NCBI GenBank assembly: GCA_033763455.1
Contig: JANRKO010000062.1
Location: forward strand, 32,001 to 96,000
Direction of reading: 5' to 3'
DNA: 64,000 nt
Source: Polyangiaceae bacterium
GTDB lineage: Bacteria > Myxococcota_A > Polyangia > Polyangiales > Polyangiaceae
How positions within the stretch are numbered: position 1 is the stretch's first letter; each line of letters starts with the position of its first letter. The position numbers and the translations under genes were made by a program. The notes below the pieces were generated by a model. It ran no database searches. It worked only from the letters and a program-made list of their open reading frames with translations, and was not told the DNA's origin. Of this stretch, positions 46,597 to 56,607 are shown one piece after another.

Positions 46597-49500
46597 TTAC
46601 CTGAGTGCTGCAACAGCCAGGGCAGCGCTCGCAAGCGGGATAGGGGCTCGCGGTTTCAATTCTGGCGCGAAGATGGAGACGCGTAACTCTTCGAGTTGGA
46701 AACGGACCTCTCTCACAGCTTTTTGATCTTGGGCGGTGGCTTGTTTGGCGAGAAAATCACGAAAAACAGGCGCAAACGGCGCCGCCTTGCTAGCGTCTTT
46801 GCGTGGGTCGGTGGTCGCGCGCGCCAGGCGGGCTTGAACCGCTCGCAAATAGCGCGGGAACTGATCAAGTTGTTGAAGCTCCACGTGGGCGATTAGATCG
46901 CGAGGGAAGAGTTGATCGAGCTGACTGCGTACGTCGTTCACGGCGGCGGTACCGCTCGGCTGCTGAGCCGCGATATCGAGCGCCCGCACCGTGCGTTCGA
47001 GTTCGGTGGTCACCGCGTGTATGGAGCGTGCCCATGCTTCGAAGACTGGCACTAGGCGCGCACTGCCTGAAGCCACGAGAGCAGTGAACGCAAGCTTGGT
47101 GCGTGGTAAATCTTGTCCCAGTTGGAAGGCCTCCTCCACTACACGTAACAACAGTGTGTCTCGAAAGGCGTCCGCGTCGGCTTTGCTATGGAGCAGGCCT
47201 TTGCGATGCGTGAAAGGTGGAGGCGCTCGTTTGGCGAGCGCGCTGAGTTGGGTGCGAGTCGAAAGGGCGAGCAGACGTCGGAGCCCTGCGAAGTGGGCAG
47301 CTCGAGCGGCGGCAGGGGATTCGAGCAAGGTGAGCGAAACCGTTTTCTGTTGATCGACAAGGGTGGGAAAGGCACGGAGGGGTGTGCCCTGAACCGTGCG
47401 GATAACGTGTTCCGGCAAGTCCGGAAAATCCCATGAAGTGAGGCCGGAGTGTTCCCACGACTCTGTGTCCACGGCTTCTCGAAAGGCTTCGCGCGCACGG
47501 GGCCCAAACTTACGCAGCAGCCACGCCGCGTCGCGGCTTTGCGCAAGAACCATCCCCGCTTCATCCACCACTCGGAAATTAAAGCGCAGGTAGCCAGCAA
47601 TAGCGTCTGGGCAAAATACTTCTTCTGGCACCTTCACACCAGTGAGCGACAGCACCGCACGAGAGAGCTCACTCAGCATGGAGCCTTTGAACGGGGTTAA
47701 ACGCGCCGCCACTTGGGGCGCAAGCTCGGCCAGCACTCCGAGCTCCCGCCGAACCGTGCGAGGTAGCTCCTCCAGCAGCTGGGCGACCTTTTGTTCATGC
47801 CATCCCGAGATTATCCATTCCAATTCACCGGTGGTTAACTGGGGCAAACAGGCGAGCGGCAGCGTGAGCGTGATGCCGTCATCGTCAGCGCCTGGTTCGA
47901 AGCGGTAGGTGGCAGGCAGCTCGACGCCGTGAAAGTTGAGCGTGTCCGGAAAATCCTCGGGCCGCAGACGGTGATCGTTGGAGAGCACATCTGCAAGGGA
48001 TAGGTAGAGAATGCGAGGATCAGATCTTTCCGCAGCTTCTCGCCAGTCTTCGAAGGTCTTGCCGTTCACCACTTCTTGGCCGACTCGTCGCTCGAAGAAG
48101 TCGAACAGGGCCTCGTCGTCCGCCAGCATGTCGCTCTGCCTCGCTTTGTCGCGCAGGCGGGCAACTTCAGCCAAAAGCTGCCGGTTCTTCTCTTGAAAAG
48201 CACCCCGGCTCCTGTATTCGCCGCGGACCAGTGCGTGTTCCAAGAACATCTGGCGCGCGCGTGCCGGGGCAACGCTCGCGTAATCCACACTCTTGTCCCG
48301 TAGGACGGGCAACCCGAAAAGAGTAGCGTGTTCTTTTATCGACGCGCGGGCGGATTTCTCCGACCAATGGGGCTGAGAGTAGCTCCGCTTCAGAAGGTGC
48401 GCGCCCACCTCCGCTAACCACTCCGGCTCTACTTTGGCGCAGGTGCGCGCAAACAGTTGAGTGGTTTCTACCAGCTCAAACGTCATCACCCACGCTGGTG
48501 GCTTCTTGGCCAAGGTGGAAGCAGGATGCAGCGCAAAACGAGTTTGGCGCGCGCCAAAATAGTTGCGGTGTTCGGGATCCCAGTGGCCGATCCTCGAAAG
48601 CAAGCCGCTCAACAGGGCACGGTGCAAGGCCGCAGTGAGATCGTTCGATTGGTTGCGTTTGGCTTGCTTGCCTTGTGTGTGCCGGGCTCCTGTTGGCAAT
48701 CTGAGTTCTTGGACGGTACTTGTGAGTTGTTGGTGCACCTCGCTCCATTCGCGCATCCGGAGGAACGAGAGGAAGTTTTCCTTGCAGGCCTTTCGCAGCT
48801 GCGAAGTGCTGCGCTGTTCCTGAGCAAAGCTCCACAGGCGCAAGAGCCCGGAAAAATCGGAATCTTCATCCCGAAAACGTCGATGTAGCTGGTCGGCTTT
48901 TTGCTCAAGGCCGCGTGGCCTTTCGCGCGGATCTTGGATGTTCAGAGCAGCGGTGATGATCAAGATTTCTGCAAGGCAGCCATATTCAGCGCCAGCCAAA
49001 ATCATCCGCCCCACTCGTGGATCTACTGGAAAACGTGCGAGCGTTTTGCCCAGAGGCGTGAGCTCGCGTGCATCGTCGAGGGCGCCGAGTTCTTGCAGCA
49101 CCCGGTAACCTTCAGCAATCGCCCGAGTGCTTGGAGGATCCAAGAAAGGAAAGTCTTCCACGTCTCCCAACCCGAGTGACTTCATGCGCAGAATGACGCC
49201 AGAAAGCCCCGTGCGCTTCATTTCTGGATCAGTGAACCGAGGGCGCGCCAGGTAACTCTGTTCGTCGTATAAGCGAACACAAATTCCATCGCGGATCCGG
49301 CCACAACGCCCCTTCCTCTGATCCGCACTAGCCTGAGAAATTCCCTCGACTTGCAGGCGCGTGATGCCGGTGCGTGGTTCGTAGCGTGAAAGCCGAGCGA
49401 CGCCCGTATCCACCACATACACGATGCCCGGAATCGTGAGTGAGGTCTCGGCCACATTGGTGGCCAAAATGATGCGACGGCCCGCGATATTTTCGAACAC

Positions 49501-50325
49501 ACGCCGCTGCTCGGCTGCAGATAGCCTTGAATATAGGGGTTGGACGGTGGTGTGGCGGAGCCGTTTGGCGAGGAGGGCCTGCTCGGTTTCTCGGATTTCG
49601 CGTTCGCCCGGGAGAAAAACCAAGATGTCACCGCGTGGATCCAGCGATGTGAGATTCTCAACGGAGGCGGCCACTTGGTCCGGCATATCCAGCTCATTTG
49701 AAGGGGGCTCATAGAGCACCTCCACAGGGAAGGTTCGCCCCTCGACCTGCACTACCGGAGCTTGGTTGAAAAACTGGGAGAAGCGCTCCGTCTCGATGGT
49801 TGCCGAGCTAACAATTACCTTTAGATCCGGGCGTTGTGGCAAAATGCGCTTGAGCCAACCCAGCAGAAAATCGATCGTGAGGCTGCGTTCGTGAGCTTCA
49901 TCGATGATGAGCGTATCGTAGCGACGAAGCAGCGGATCACCCTGAGTTTCCGCGAGCAAGATGCCGTCGGTCATGAACTTCACCCATGTGTCGGGGCCAG
50001 TTCGGTCTTCGAAGCGGATCTGGTAACCCACCTCCGCCCCGAGCGTGCACTTAAGTTCGCTTGCGACCCGGGTTGCGACGCTCGTGGCTGCAATGCGGCG
50101 AGGTTGTGTGACGCCGATCAGTTGGTTGCTCCCGCGCCCCATCTTGAGCGCCACTTTAGGTAGCTGTGTGGTCTTGCCCGAACCCGTGGCTCCCACAACA
50201 ATCACTACCTGGTGTTGGTCGAGCGCCGCGATGATGTCGTTGACGCGTGCTGAGATCGGTAGCTCTGAAGGAAACCGAATGGGGGCACGCCCCGTGGACG
50301 GCTGATCTTCTGAGGGGCCTGACAT
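46597..50325 (-). CDS. hrpA: ATP-dependent RNA helicase HrpA
   Basis: GATGSGKTTQLPK, TQPRR, DEAHERSL, ATNVAETSLT, QRKGRCGR and C-terminal EELRVS.FA. Confidence 0.95.
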   Translation of the reverse strand: MSGPSEDQPSTGRAPIRFPSELPISARVNDIIAALDQHQVVIVVGATGSGKTTQLPKVALKMGRGSNQLIGVTQPRRIAATSVATRVASELKCTLGAEVGYQIRFEDRTGPDTWVKFMTDGILLAETQGDPLLRRYDTLIIDEAHERSLTIDFLLGWLKRILPQRPDLKVIVSSATIETERFSQFFNQAPVVQVEGRTFPVEVLYEPPSNELDMPDQVAASVENLTSLDPRGDILVFLPGEREIRETEQALLAKRLRHTTVQPLYSRLSAAEQRRVFENIAGRRIILATNVAETSLTIPGIVYVVDTGVARLSRYEPRTGITRLQVEGISQASADQRKGRCGRIRDGICVRLYDEQSYLARPRFTDPEMKRTGLSGVILRMKSLGLGDVEDFPFLDPPSTRAIAEGYRVLQELGALDDARELTPLGKTLARFPVDPRVGRMILAGAEYGCLAEILIITAALNIQDPRERPRGLEQKADQLHRRFRDEDSDFSGLLRLWSFAQEQRSTSQLRKACKENFLSFLRMREWSEVHQQLTSTVQELRLPTGARHTQGKQAKRNQSNDLTAALHRALLSGLLSRIGHWDPEHRNYFGARQTRFALHPASTLAKKPPAWVMTFELVETTQLFARTCAKVEPEWLAEVGAHLLKRSYSQPHWSEKSARASIKEHATLFGLPVLRDKSVDYASVAPARARQMFLEHALVRGEYRSRGAFQEKNRQLLAEVARLRDKARQSDMLADDEALFDFFERRVGQEVVNGKTFEDWREAAERSDPRILYLSLADVLSNDHRLRPEDFPDTLNFHGVELPATYRFEPGADDDGITLTLPLACLPQLTTGELEWIISGWHEQKVAQLLEELPRTVRRELGVLAELAPQVAARLTPFKGSMLSELSRAVLSLTGVKVPEEVFCPDAIAGYLRFNFRVVDEAGMVLAQSRDAAWLLRKFGPRAREAFREAVDTESWEHSGLTSWDFPDLPEHVIRTVQGTPLRAFPTLVDQQKTVSLTLLESPAAARAAHFAGLRRLLALSTRTQLSALAKRAPPPFTHRKGLLHSKADADAFRDTLLLRVVEEAFQLGQDLPRTKLAFTALVASGSARLVPVFEAWARSIHAVTTELERTVRALDIAAQQPSGTAAVNDVRSQLDQLFPRDLIAHVELQQLDQFPRYLRAVQARLARATTDPRKDASKAAPFAPVFRDFLAKQATAQDQKAVREVRFQLEELRVSIFAPELKPRAPIPLASAALAVAALR

Positions 50326-50362
50326 GCGGGGGCTGCTTAGCACGGGATGAATTGGCGAGAAG

Positions 50363-52015
50363 CTACTTCACGCACCACGCCGCCCAGATCGATCGGTACG
50401 CGGCCTCGAGCTCGCGGGCGAAGCCAGCCTTATCGCACAGGGGAGAGTTCAACATGCGTCCGCGTAGATCGCCGCGCAGCCTCGCGAGGGCCTCCCTCTT
50501 TGTGCTGAGCTCTACAGCGCATTTCACGTACGCGTCGCGGTCTGCTGCCGCAAGCTCGGCCAAGCCTAGCCGCGTTAGAAGATCTAAGCCAACGCGCGAT
50601 GCGTGCCTTTCTCCTACCAAAGATACAACGGGAACCCCCATCCAGAAAGCCTCGCAGGTCGTGGTGGTGCCACAATACGGAAACGGATCGAGCCCGATGT
50701 CGACCTCTCTGTAGCGCGCCAGGTGTTCGTCGATGGTGGGCGCCTCTGCAAGGAGCTTGAGGCGACGCGGAGGAATGCCGTGCGCTTTGAACTTCGCCTC
50801 GAACAGTCTGCGCACTCCCGGGTCCGCGAAGGGTGCAGCCTTTAGCATGAGCTTTGAGCCCTGTACCTCCTTGATGATCCGACTCCACGTTTCGATAACC
50901 TGGGGGCCCACCTTGGCGAGATTGCTGAAGGAGCCAAACGTGATGTTCCCATGGGCGAAAGCTGGAAGCTCTGACACTTCGGGCGCCGTGGCCCAGGGCT
51001 CGTAACACAGAAAGCCGTGGGGCAAGCGGCAGAGCTTCTCCGTGTAAGTTGCGTCCTGGGGCCCTTCCGGATCCGCGATGGCGTCAGTGATGCGATAACC
51101 CACCGTTGAAAGACCCGTGGTGTTGGGGTAGCCGAGCCAAGTAACTTGTACGGGCGCGGGAGCACGCGCGAACACGCCGAGGCGGTTTCCGGCTGAATGC
51201 CCCGAAAGATCGACGAGCACATCTATCCGATCTTGACGCACACGGGCTGCGACCTCTTCGTCCGAAAGCCCAAAAATCTCCACCCATTCGTCCGAAAGGC
51301 CCCGTAGCCGTTCGGTGGTTTCGTCGACGCGCACGTTAGCCTGGTAGCACACTGTTTCTACGCGCGAGCGATCATGAGCCGATAGCAGGGGTGCGAAAAA
51401 GAAAGCAACTGAATGCGTCCTCAAGTCTGCAGATACATACCCCACGCGCAGCTTCCGTGTTGGGTCGCGGTCGTTGGTGTGGGTTGCATGAGGCGAAAGG
51501 GCGGGATGAGCTTCGCCCCATGCTCGGTGTTCGCGCGCAATCTCAGAGGTAGTGGTTTGTTCGAGTAGATTCAGCGTAAGTAGCAGGTTCGAGTGAGAGT
51601 CACTGTCTTTGGCTACGGCAATTGCTCGCGCAAGGTGCTTCAGCGTCCCCGTGGCGTCGCCTGTGAGTTGTAGCACATTTGCGAGGTTCTTGTGGGCGTC
51701 GTGGGAGTTTGGCTCAAGCTTGAGTGCGGCCCGGTATTGCTCCTGCGCAAGGCTGAGTTGCCCGACGGCTTTGTAAGCCGCCCCCAGGTTAACGCGCACA
51801 TAGGCCGCTCGGCAGCCGTTTTTAATCGCACGCTCCATGAGGTCGATAGCGCGTGCGTAGTCCCCGCGTTGATAACAAATTAGGCCAGTGAGTTGGAGAG
51901 CATCGTAGTCTCGCGGGTTCTTTGCGAGCACCTCGGCGTAGGTTGCCTCAGCTTCTTCCAAGCGGCCTTGGCGATGCAAAGCCGTGGCAAGAGTCAACAG
52001 TTGCACTCGATCCAT
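50363..52015 (-). CDS. TPR + GT41 O-glycosyltransferase (SPINDLY/OGT-like)
   Basis: N-terminal TPRs, HSNLL, RVGYVS.D.R.HSV, DLSGH, PAPVQ..WLGYP.TTG and LDPFPY.GTTTT.EA.WMGVP. Confidence 0.92.
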   Translation of the reverse strand: MDRVQLLTLATALHRQGRLEEAEATYAEVLAKNPRDYDALQLTGLICYQRGDYARAIDLMERAIKNGCRAAYVRVNLGAAYKAVGQLSLAQEQYRAALKLEPNSHDAHKNLANVLQLTGDATGTLKHLARAIAVAKDSDSHSNLLLTLNLLEQTTTSEIAREHRAWGEAHPALSPHATHTNDRDPTRKLRVGYVSADLRTHSVAFFFAPLLSAHDRSRVETVCYQANVRVDETTERLRGLSDEWVEIFGLSDEEVAARVRQDRIDVLVDLSGHSAGNRLGVFARAPAPVQVTWLGYPNTTGLSTVGYRITDAIADPEGPQDATYTEKLCRLPHGFLCYEPWATAPEVSELPAFAHGNITFGSFSNLAKVGPQVIETWSRIIKEVQGSKLMLKAAPFADPGVRRLFEAKFKAHGIPPRRLKLLAEAPTIDEHLARYREVDIGLDPFPYCGTTTTCEAFWMGVPVVSLVGERHASRVGLDLLTRLGLAELAAADRDAYVKCAVELSTKREALARLRGDLRGRMLNSPLCDKAGFARELEAAYRSIWAAWCVK

Positions 52016-52040
52016 CGAGAAAAAGGTTAACAGTTTTCCA

Positions 52041-52054
52041 GGCTAGGCCTAGCC
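52041..52054. promoter_or_regulatory. Perfect 14-bp palindrome in the divergent GT41/FkbM intergenic region
   Basis: GGCTAGGCCTAGCC. Confidence 0.35.
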
Positions 52055-52115
52055 GCACGGAGCCCCTTCTTTGACGCTGGCCTCGGAAGCTCGGCTCCCT
52101 CTACACTTTACGATC

Positions 52116-53516
52116 ATGGGTGCTACCGATCATGAGTTCGTGCCGCTCTACCCGGGCTTGCGGGTAGCGGTGCCTGCCACACTGGAGCTCATCACGCACT
52201 ATGTTCTAAAGGAGCAGGAAGACTGGTTTGAAGATGAGATAGAGTTCGTTCGCGGATTTATTCGGCCGGGAATGAACGCACTCGACATCGGGGCGAACTA
52301 CGGGGTTTACACGCTCACCTTGGGCGGCCTGGTCGCGCCCACAGGCCGAGTTTGGGCGTTTGAGCCGACACACAGTACCGCTGAGCTTCTGCGTGTGAGC
52401 GTGGCCGCCAATGCCCTCACCACCATTGAAGTTATCGAAGCCGGCTTATCGAATCGAGAGGGCGAAGCCAAGCTTTTCGTGCACGAGAATGCTGAGCTCA
52501 ATACGCTGAACCCAGAGCCCGGAGGTCAAGCAAGGTCCGAGATAATTCGGCTCCGCACGCTGGATAGCTGCTCAGCCGAATTGGGTTGGAAAGATGTTGT
52601 ATTCGTCAAGCTGGATGCAGAAGGCGAAGAGCTCCGCATTCTGGAAGGCGGGCGCCAGTTCTTCGCGGAGCACGATCCCCTGTGCATGTTCGAACTCAAA
52701 CACGGCTCCATACTCAATCTTCCGCTGGTTCAAGCTCTCAAGGAGCGGGGGTTCGGTCTCTATCGCCTGGTTCCCGGGCTCAACCTTCTGGTTCCCTTCT
52801 CGGAAACGGTCGCGCCGGACGCTTTTCTGCTGAACCTTTTTGCTTGTTCGCCAGCACGAGCAGCTGCGTGCTCGGCGTTGGGACGGTTAGCTACGGTACC
52901 AGCGCTTGCCGCAGAAATCCCCCAGTTTGCTTCGGATCCGGTCAGTACTTTGTCGAGCGCTTTCCCTTACGCGCGGGATTCGGCTGAACATTGGTCTGCC
53001 TCAAGGGCTCACGGGGAACCCGGCCGTGACATTGTGGAGCGCGCTTTAGGTCGTTACCTGGTTGCGCACGACACCAACCTTGATCCTGAAGTGCGCGCAG
53101 GCGCGCTTGCGGCGGCGTTCGACGATTGCGCCCAACTCATGCAAGGCAGCCCGCGCATTTCGCGCTTACTCACGACGGCTCGCGTTGCCTCGGAAATGGG
53201 CTACCGAATGTTAGCGATTCATACGTTGGATGCTGTGTTAAGCTCGCTGGATAGGGGTACCAGGCTTGATCTAGAAGAGCCTTTCCTTTCCCCGAATCCT
53301 CGCTTTGACGCGATCGAACCCGGTGGCTCCCTCCAGAAATGGTGCCTAGCAGGCATCCTTGAGCAGCTGGAGCGCTTGTCCCACTACTCGTCTTTCTACA
53401 CCGGCGACGCTAGCTTGCCGCGGCTCCGAGCTTTTCAGGAGCTGGGATTCGAGGGGCCTGAGATGTCGCGGCGGTTACACTTGGTGGAAACGCGGGTTCG
53501 ATCTTCTTCCGGTTAG
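52116..53516 (+). CDS. FkbM-family methyltransferase with helical C-terminal extension
   Basis: EQEDWFEDE, LDIGANYG.YT, VWAFEP and VKLDAEG.E. Start could be 52071 or 52116. Confidence 0.85.
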   Translation: MGATDHEFVPLYPGLRVAVPATLELITHYVLKEQEDWFEDEIEFVRGFIRPGMNALDIGANYGVYTLTLGGLVAPTGRVWAFEPTHSTAELLRVSVAANALTTIEVIEAGLSNREGEAKLFVHENAELNTLNPEPGGQARSEIIRLRTLDSCSAELGWKDVVFVKLDAEGEELRILEGGRQFFAEHDPLCMFELKHGSILNLPLVQALKERGFGLYRLVPGLNLLVPFSETVAPDAFLLNLFACSPARAAACSALGRLATVPALAAEIPQFASDPVSTLSSAFPYARDSAEHWSASRAHGEPGRDIVERALGRYLVAHDTNLDPEVRAGALAAAFDDCAQLMQGSPRISRLLTTARVASEMGYRMLAIHTLDAVLSSLDRGTRLDLEEPFLSPNPRFDAIEPGGSLQKWCLAGILEQLERLSHYSSFYTGDASLPRLRAFQELGFEGPEMSRRLHLVETRVRSSSG

Positions 53517-53542
53517 TGTTCGCGTGAGGTATTCCGGGAGGT

Positions 53543-54259
53543 TCAACGCAGCGGCGAGAACTCAACGGACCGCACCGAAACGCCACCACTTAGCACTCGC
53601 ACTTCGAGCGATGCCCATTCGAGCCCCGGCGGCATCATGATGCCCGTTAGGTGACCTGCGTCCCCTTCGCTGAGCCGCCATGTTTGGCGGGCGCCGGGTT
53701 GCAGTGGGTTAAACACTTCGATTTCTGCCGAAGAGGGCAGGGCGGGGATCGGGGAGGGCTCGAGCTCTACGAGAATGTCGAACATAATCGCTTGACCGGC
53801 CTTGCTTGGACGAACGCGCAGCTTCAGCGCTTGGTTGTGAGCTTGCTCGCACGGTGGTTTGGGTAGCTGGGGGACGGGAAGGTTGAACGACGGAGTATTC
53901 TTATAGATGGCTGGCGAAATGATGTTGGCAACAGGATCGAATCGGGTAGCACAGGTAACGCTAAGATCGGCTCGGCCTTCTTCGTAGGGATGGCGTGCAC
54001 TCAACTGGAGGGGGGCTTCGAGCCCGCTCGGCATTGCTAACTTAAGGCGGCCTGCGAGCTCCTTGGCCAAGCTAAGCTTTGCGGGGCCCGTGAGGGAGCT
54101 CTTGGTCTTCAGTGCTCCCGAGAGCTTCAATGGCGCGGGTGCAGCATTCGGAATTGCCGGTTGGATCGGAGCCACCTTGGCGGGGCCGGGCTCGCCCTGA
54201 GCCGTAAATGTCCAAGTGGCGATCAGGGATAGTGCGATAATGGGTGACGATTGCTTCAT
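53543..54259 (-). CDS. Hypothetical secreted protein
   Basis: MKQSSPIIALSLIATWTFTAQG signal peptide with SD GAGGT upstream. No recognisable domain. Confidence 0.6.
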   Translation of the reverse strand: MKQSSPIIALSLIATWTFTAQGEPGPAKVAPIQPAIPNAAPAPLKLSGALKTKSSLTGPAKLSLAKELAGRLKLAMPSGLEAPLQLSARHPYEEGRADLSVTCATRFDPVANIISPAIYKNTPSFNLPVPQLPKPPCEQAHNQALKLRVRPSKAGQAIMFDILVELEPSPIPALPSSAEIEVFNPLQPGARQTWRLSEGDAGHLTGIMMPPGLEWASLEVRVLSGGVSVRSVEFSPLR

Positions 54260-54571
54260 TTTACACCTCGGGGAGTGGCGGATGGGCGTCAGGCTAGATG
54301 GCTTACGTTGAGACGGCCTTTGTGGCTTCCCCAGCATAGCCTGCGACCAAGCGGTTCGGCCCACTAGCTCCTTGAAGCGCCAAGATGAGAACGCTCGTCC
54401 CACGGGCGGGCTTGGGGCGAAGCGCCTCGTTCCAGGACCGTGGATTTTTGCACATGACACGCTCGTGACAAACCTTCCCCCTCCGGTCGGTCCATGATCC
54501 TTTACCTAGGCTAGCCCCAAGCGGCCGCCGTTTTCCACCCCCCCGCCTCACACATAACGAAAGACAGACCG

Positions 54572-55432
54572 TTGAACCAGGATCTTAAGGAACTCGATTG
54601 GACCAATATTCTGTTTCTGGCGTTTGCACACCTCCTGGCGTGCGTAGGCGTTTGGTGGATGGTGGTTCACTTCAATCCTTGGACACTCGGTTTGGGTGTG
54701 GTGTGGCTGATTCTATGCAGCCTCAGCATAACTGCTGGGTACCATCGTTTGCTGGCGCACCGCACGTATCAGGCGGCGGGCTGGGTGCGATTTCTGGTGA
54801 TGTGTTTGGGTGCAGCTTCTGTGCAGAATTCGGCGCTGCAATGGGTGAACAATCACCGCGTGCACCACTCCAAAGTGGATCGCACCGAAGATCCCTACAA
54901 CATCAAACGCGGCTTCCTCTGGGCCCACATTGGCTGGGTGTTGTTCAAAGATCGTGAACCTGTTGTGAAGCGAGTGCGCGATCTTCAGGCCGATCCACTC
55001 GTGACCTGGCAAGACCGCTATTATGTTCCCTTGGCGATTGCAGTGGGTGCGCTCGTGCCGATGGCGATCGGCACATTGTGGGGTGACGCCGTGGGTGCGC
55101 TACTCATCGCAGGGTTTTTGCGCCTCGTGGCCCAATATCACGCAACTTTCGCCACCAACTCGCTTGCCCACACCCTCGGGCATCGGCCGTATGATAGGTC
55201 CACATCTGCCCGCGACCATTTCCTGACGGCAGTGTTCACCTTCGGCGAGGGTTACCACAACTTCCACCACCGTTTTGAGAACGACTACCGCAACGGCGTG
55301 AAACCGTGGCAATTCGATCCCACTAAGTGGCTGATCTTTAGCCTTTCGTTGGTCGGGGCCGCAAAGGATCTGAAACGCGCCCCCAAGGAAAAGATTCTGC
55401 AGGCCCAGGCTCAGGCGCGAGCCCTCGGGTAG
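54572..55432 (+). CDS. Delta-9 acyl-CoA desaturase
   Basis: TAGYHRL.AH, HRVHH, NSLAH..G and GEGYHNFHH...DYRNG...FDPTKW. Confidence 0.92.
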   Translation: MNQDLKELDWTNILFLAFAHLLACVGVWWMVVHFNPWTLGLGVVWLILCSLSITAGYHRLLAHRTYQAAGWVRFLVMCLGAASVQNSALQWVNNHRVHHSKVDRTEDPYNIKRGFLWAHIGWVLFKDREPVVKRVRDLQADPLVTWQDRYYVPLAIAVGALVPMAIGTLWGDAVGALLIAGFLRLVAQYHATFATNSLAHTLGHRPYDRSTSARDHFLTAVFTFGEGYHNFHHRFENDYRNGVKPWQFDPTKWLIFSLSLVGAAKDLKRAPKEKILQAQAQARALG

Positions 55433-55434
55433 CG

Positions 55435-56310
55435 TTAGCTCTGTTCGTCCCGCCACTCACTCGGGCTTAGCCCGTGACGCTCCCGAAACACGCGTGCAAA
55501 GACGGTGGCGTTCGGGTAGCCAACTTGCGCGCCGATGTCTCCAATTGGAAGCGTTGTGTTTCGCAGCAATCTTTCGGCTTCATTCAGCCGCAGATCTCTC
55601 AGGGCTTTGCCCGGGCTGATCCCCCGGAGCTCCGTGTACGTGCGCGTGAAATGGGCGCGTTTGAGGCCGGCGGCTTTGGCAAAGTCGTTCACGTCGAACG
55701 GGTAGGCAAGGTTCGTACGGGCGGCGGCATCGGCACGGCGGAGGCGTGTTTCTGGATCTATTAAGCCCGGACCTCGACGCTCGCGCGGCGCCTGATAGGC
55801 CAACCAGATCTGCAAGAGGCCCTGGAGTTCATGATTTGCAGACAAAATGTCCAAGGGATCGGCCGTTAGCCAGCGGTGTATGATAGGGCCAAGGCTCGCC
55901 GCAAATAGCGGCTCGAGCTTTTTGGGGACCTGAACGGGGAGGTCTAGTCCGAAGGCCTCGAGCAACGTCGGCTGGAGCAAGTGCTGCCGTTCCGTGAGAT
56001 CGGAATCATACGAGTAGGCGTTTTTATATTCACCGCGCCGTTCGTTGAAGATCAGATCGAAGTGCACGAACATCGTCCGACTGCCCTTGAGAGATCCCAA
56101 GCGCTGAGTGAGCACTCCGGGTTGGATGAGGTACGAAGCTTTGGGAGGGATCTCGATCGCTTGCTTTTCAACGACGATCTGTTCTGTGCCTTCGTAATTG
56201 AGCACCAGGAGATAATGGGGGAGCCTACGTTCAAGGATCTCCCACGGTGGGCGCTTGAAATCCAGAGCGTCGAGGATCCAAACGGCGTAGGGGCGTTCCA
56301 GCGCAAGCAT
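55435..56310 (-). CDS. AraC-family transcriptional regulator (cupin + HTH)
   Basis: FVHFDL in the N-domain; A..LL..T.LPI..I...VGY....F.R.F....G.SP..WR. Confidence 0.88.
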   Translation of the reverse strand: MLALERPYAVWILDALDFKRPPWEILERRLPHYLLVLNYEGTEQIVVEKQAIEIPPKASYLIQPGVLTQRLGSLKGSRTMFVHFDLIFNERRGEYKNAYSYDSDLTERQHLLQPTLLEAFGLDLPVQVPKKLEPLFAASLGPIIHRWLTADPLDILSANHELQGLLQIWLAYQAPRERRGPGLIDPETRLRRADAAARTNLAYPFDVNDFAKAAGLKRAHFTRTYTELRGISPGKALRDLRLNEAERLLRNTTLPIGDIGAQVGYPNATVFARVFRERHGLSPSEWRDEQS

Positions 56311-56607
56311 CGTCTACTTCGCGTTCAGAGCAGGCATGAGCTTAGCAGTTACCAGCCCGCGGTGGACCAAAAAGGCGCACGAGGCCCTCAGATTATTGTG
56401 CGAAAAGGCCTGCTTCCGGTGGCGCAATGATTCAAAAAGTGGAGTGTCAGACAAAGTGTCTACTGGCCACATCATGCCACGAACGCCCTTGCTCTTTTCT
56501 ACGTACAGTCCCTCGTAGTTGGCGAGCGCATCCGGTGCGTATCGGCCAGCGTAGGAAGCGTGGGCTTGCTGGGAGCTTTGCCAGGTGAGCCAACCAAGCG
56601 CCGCGGA

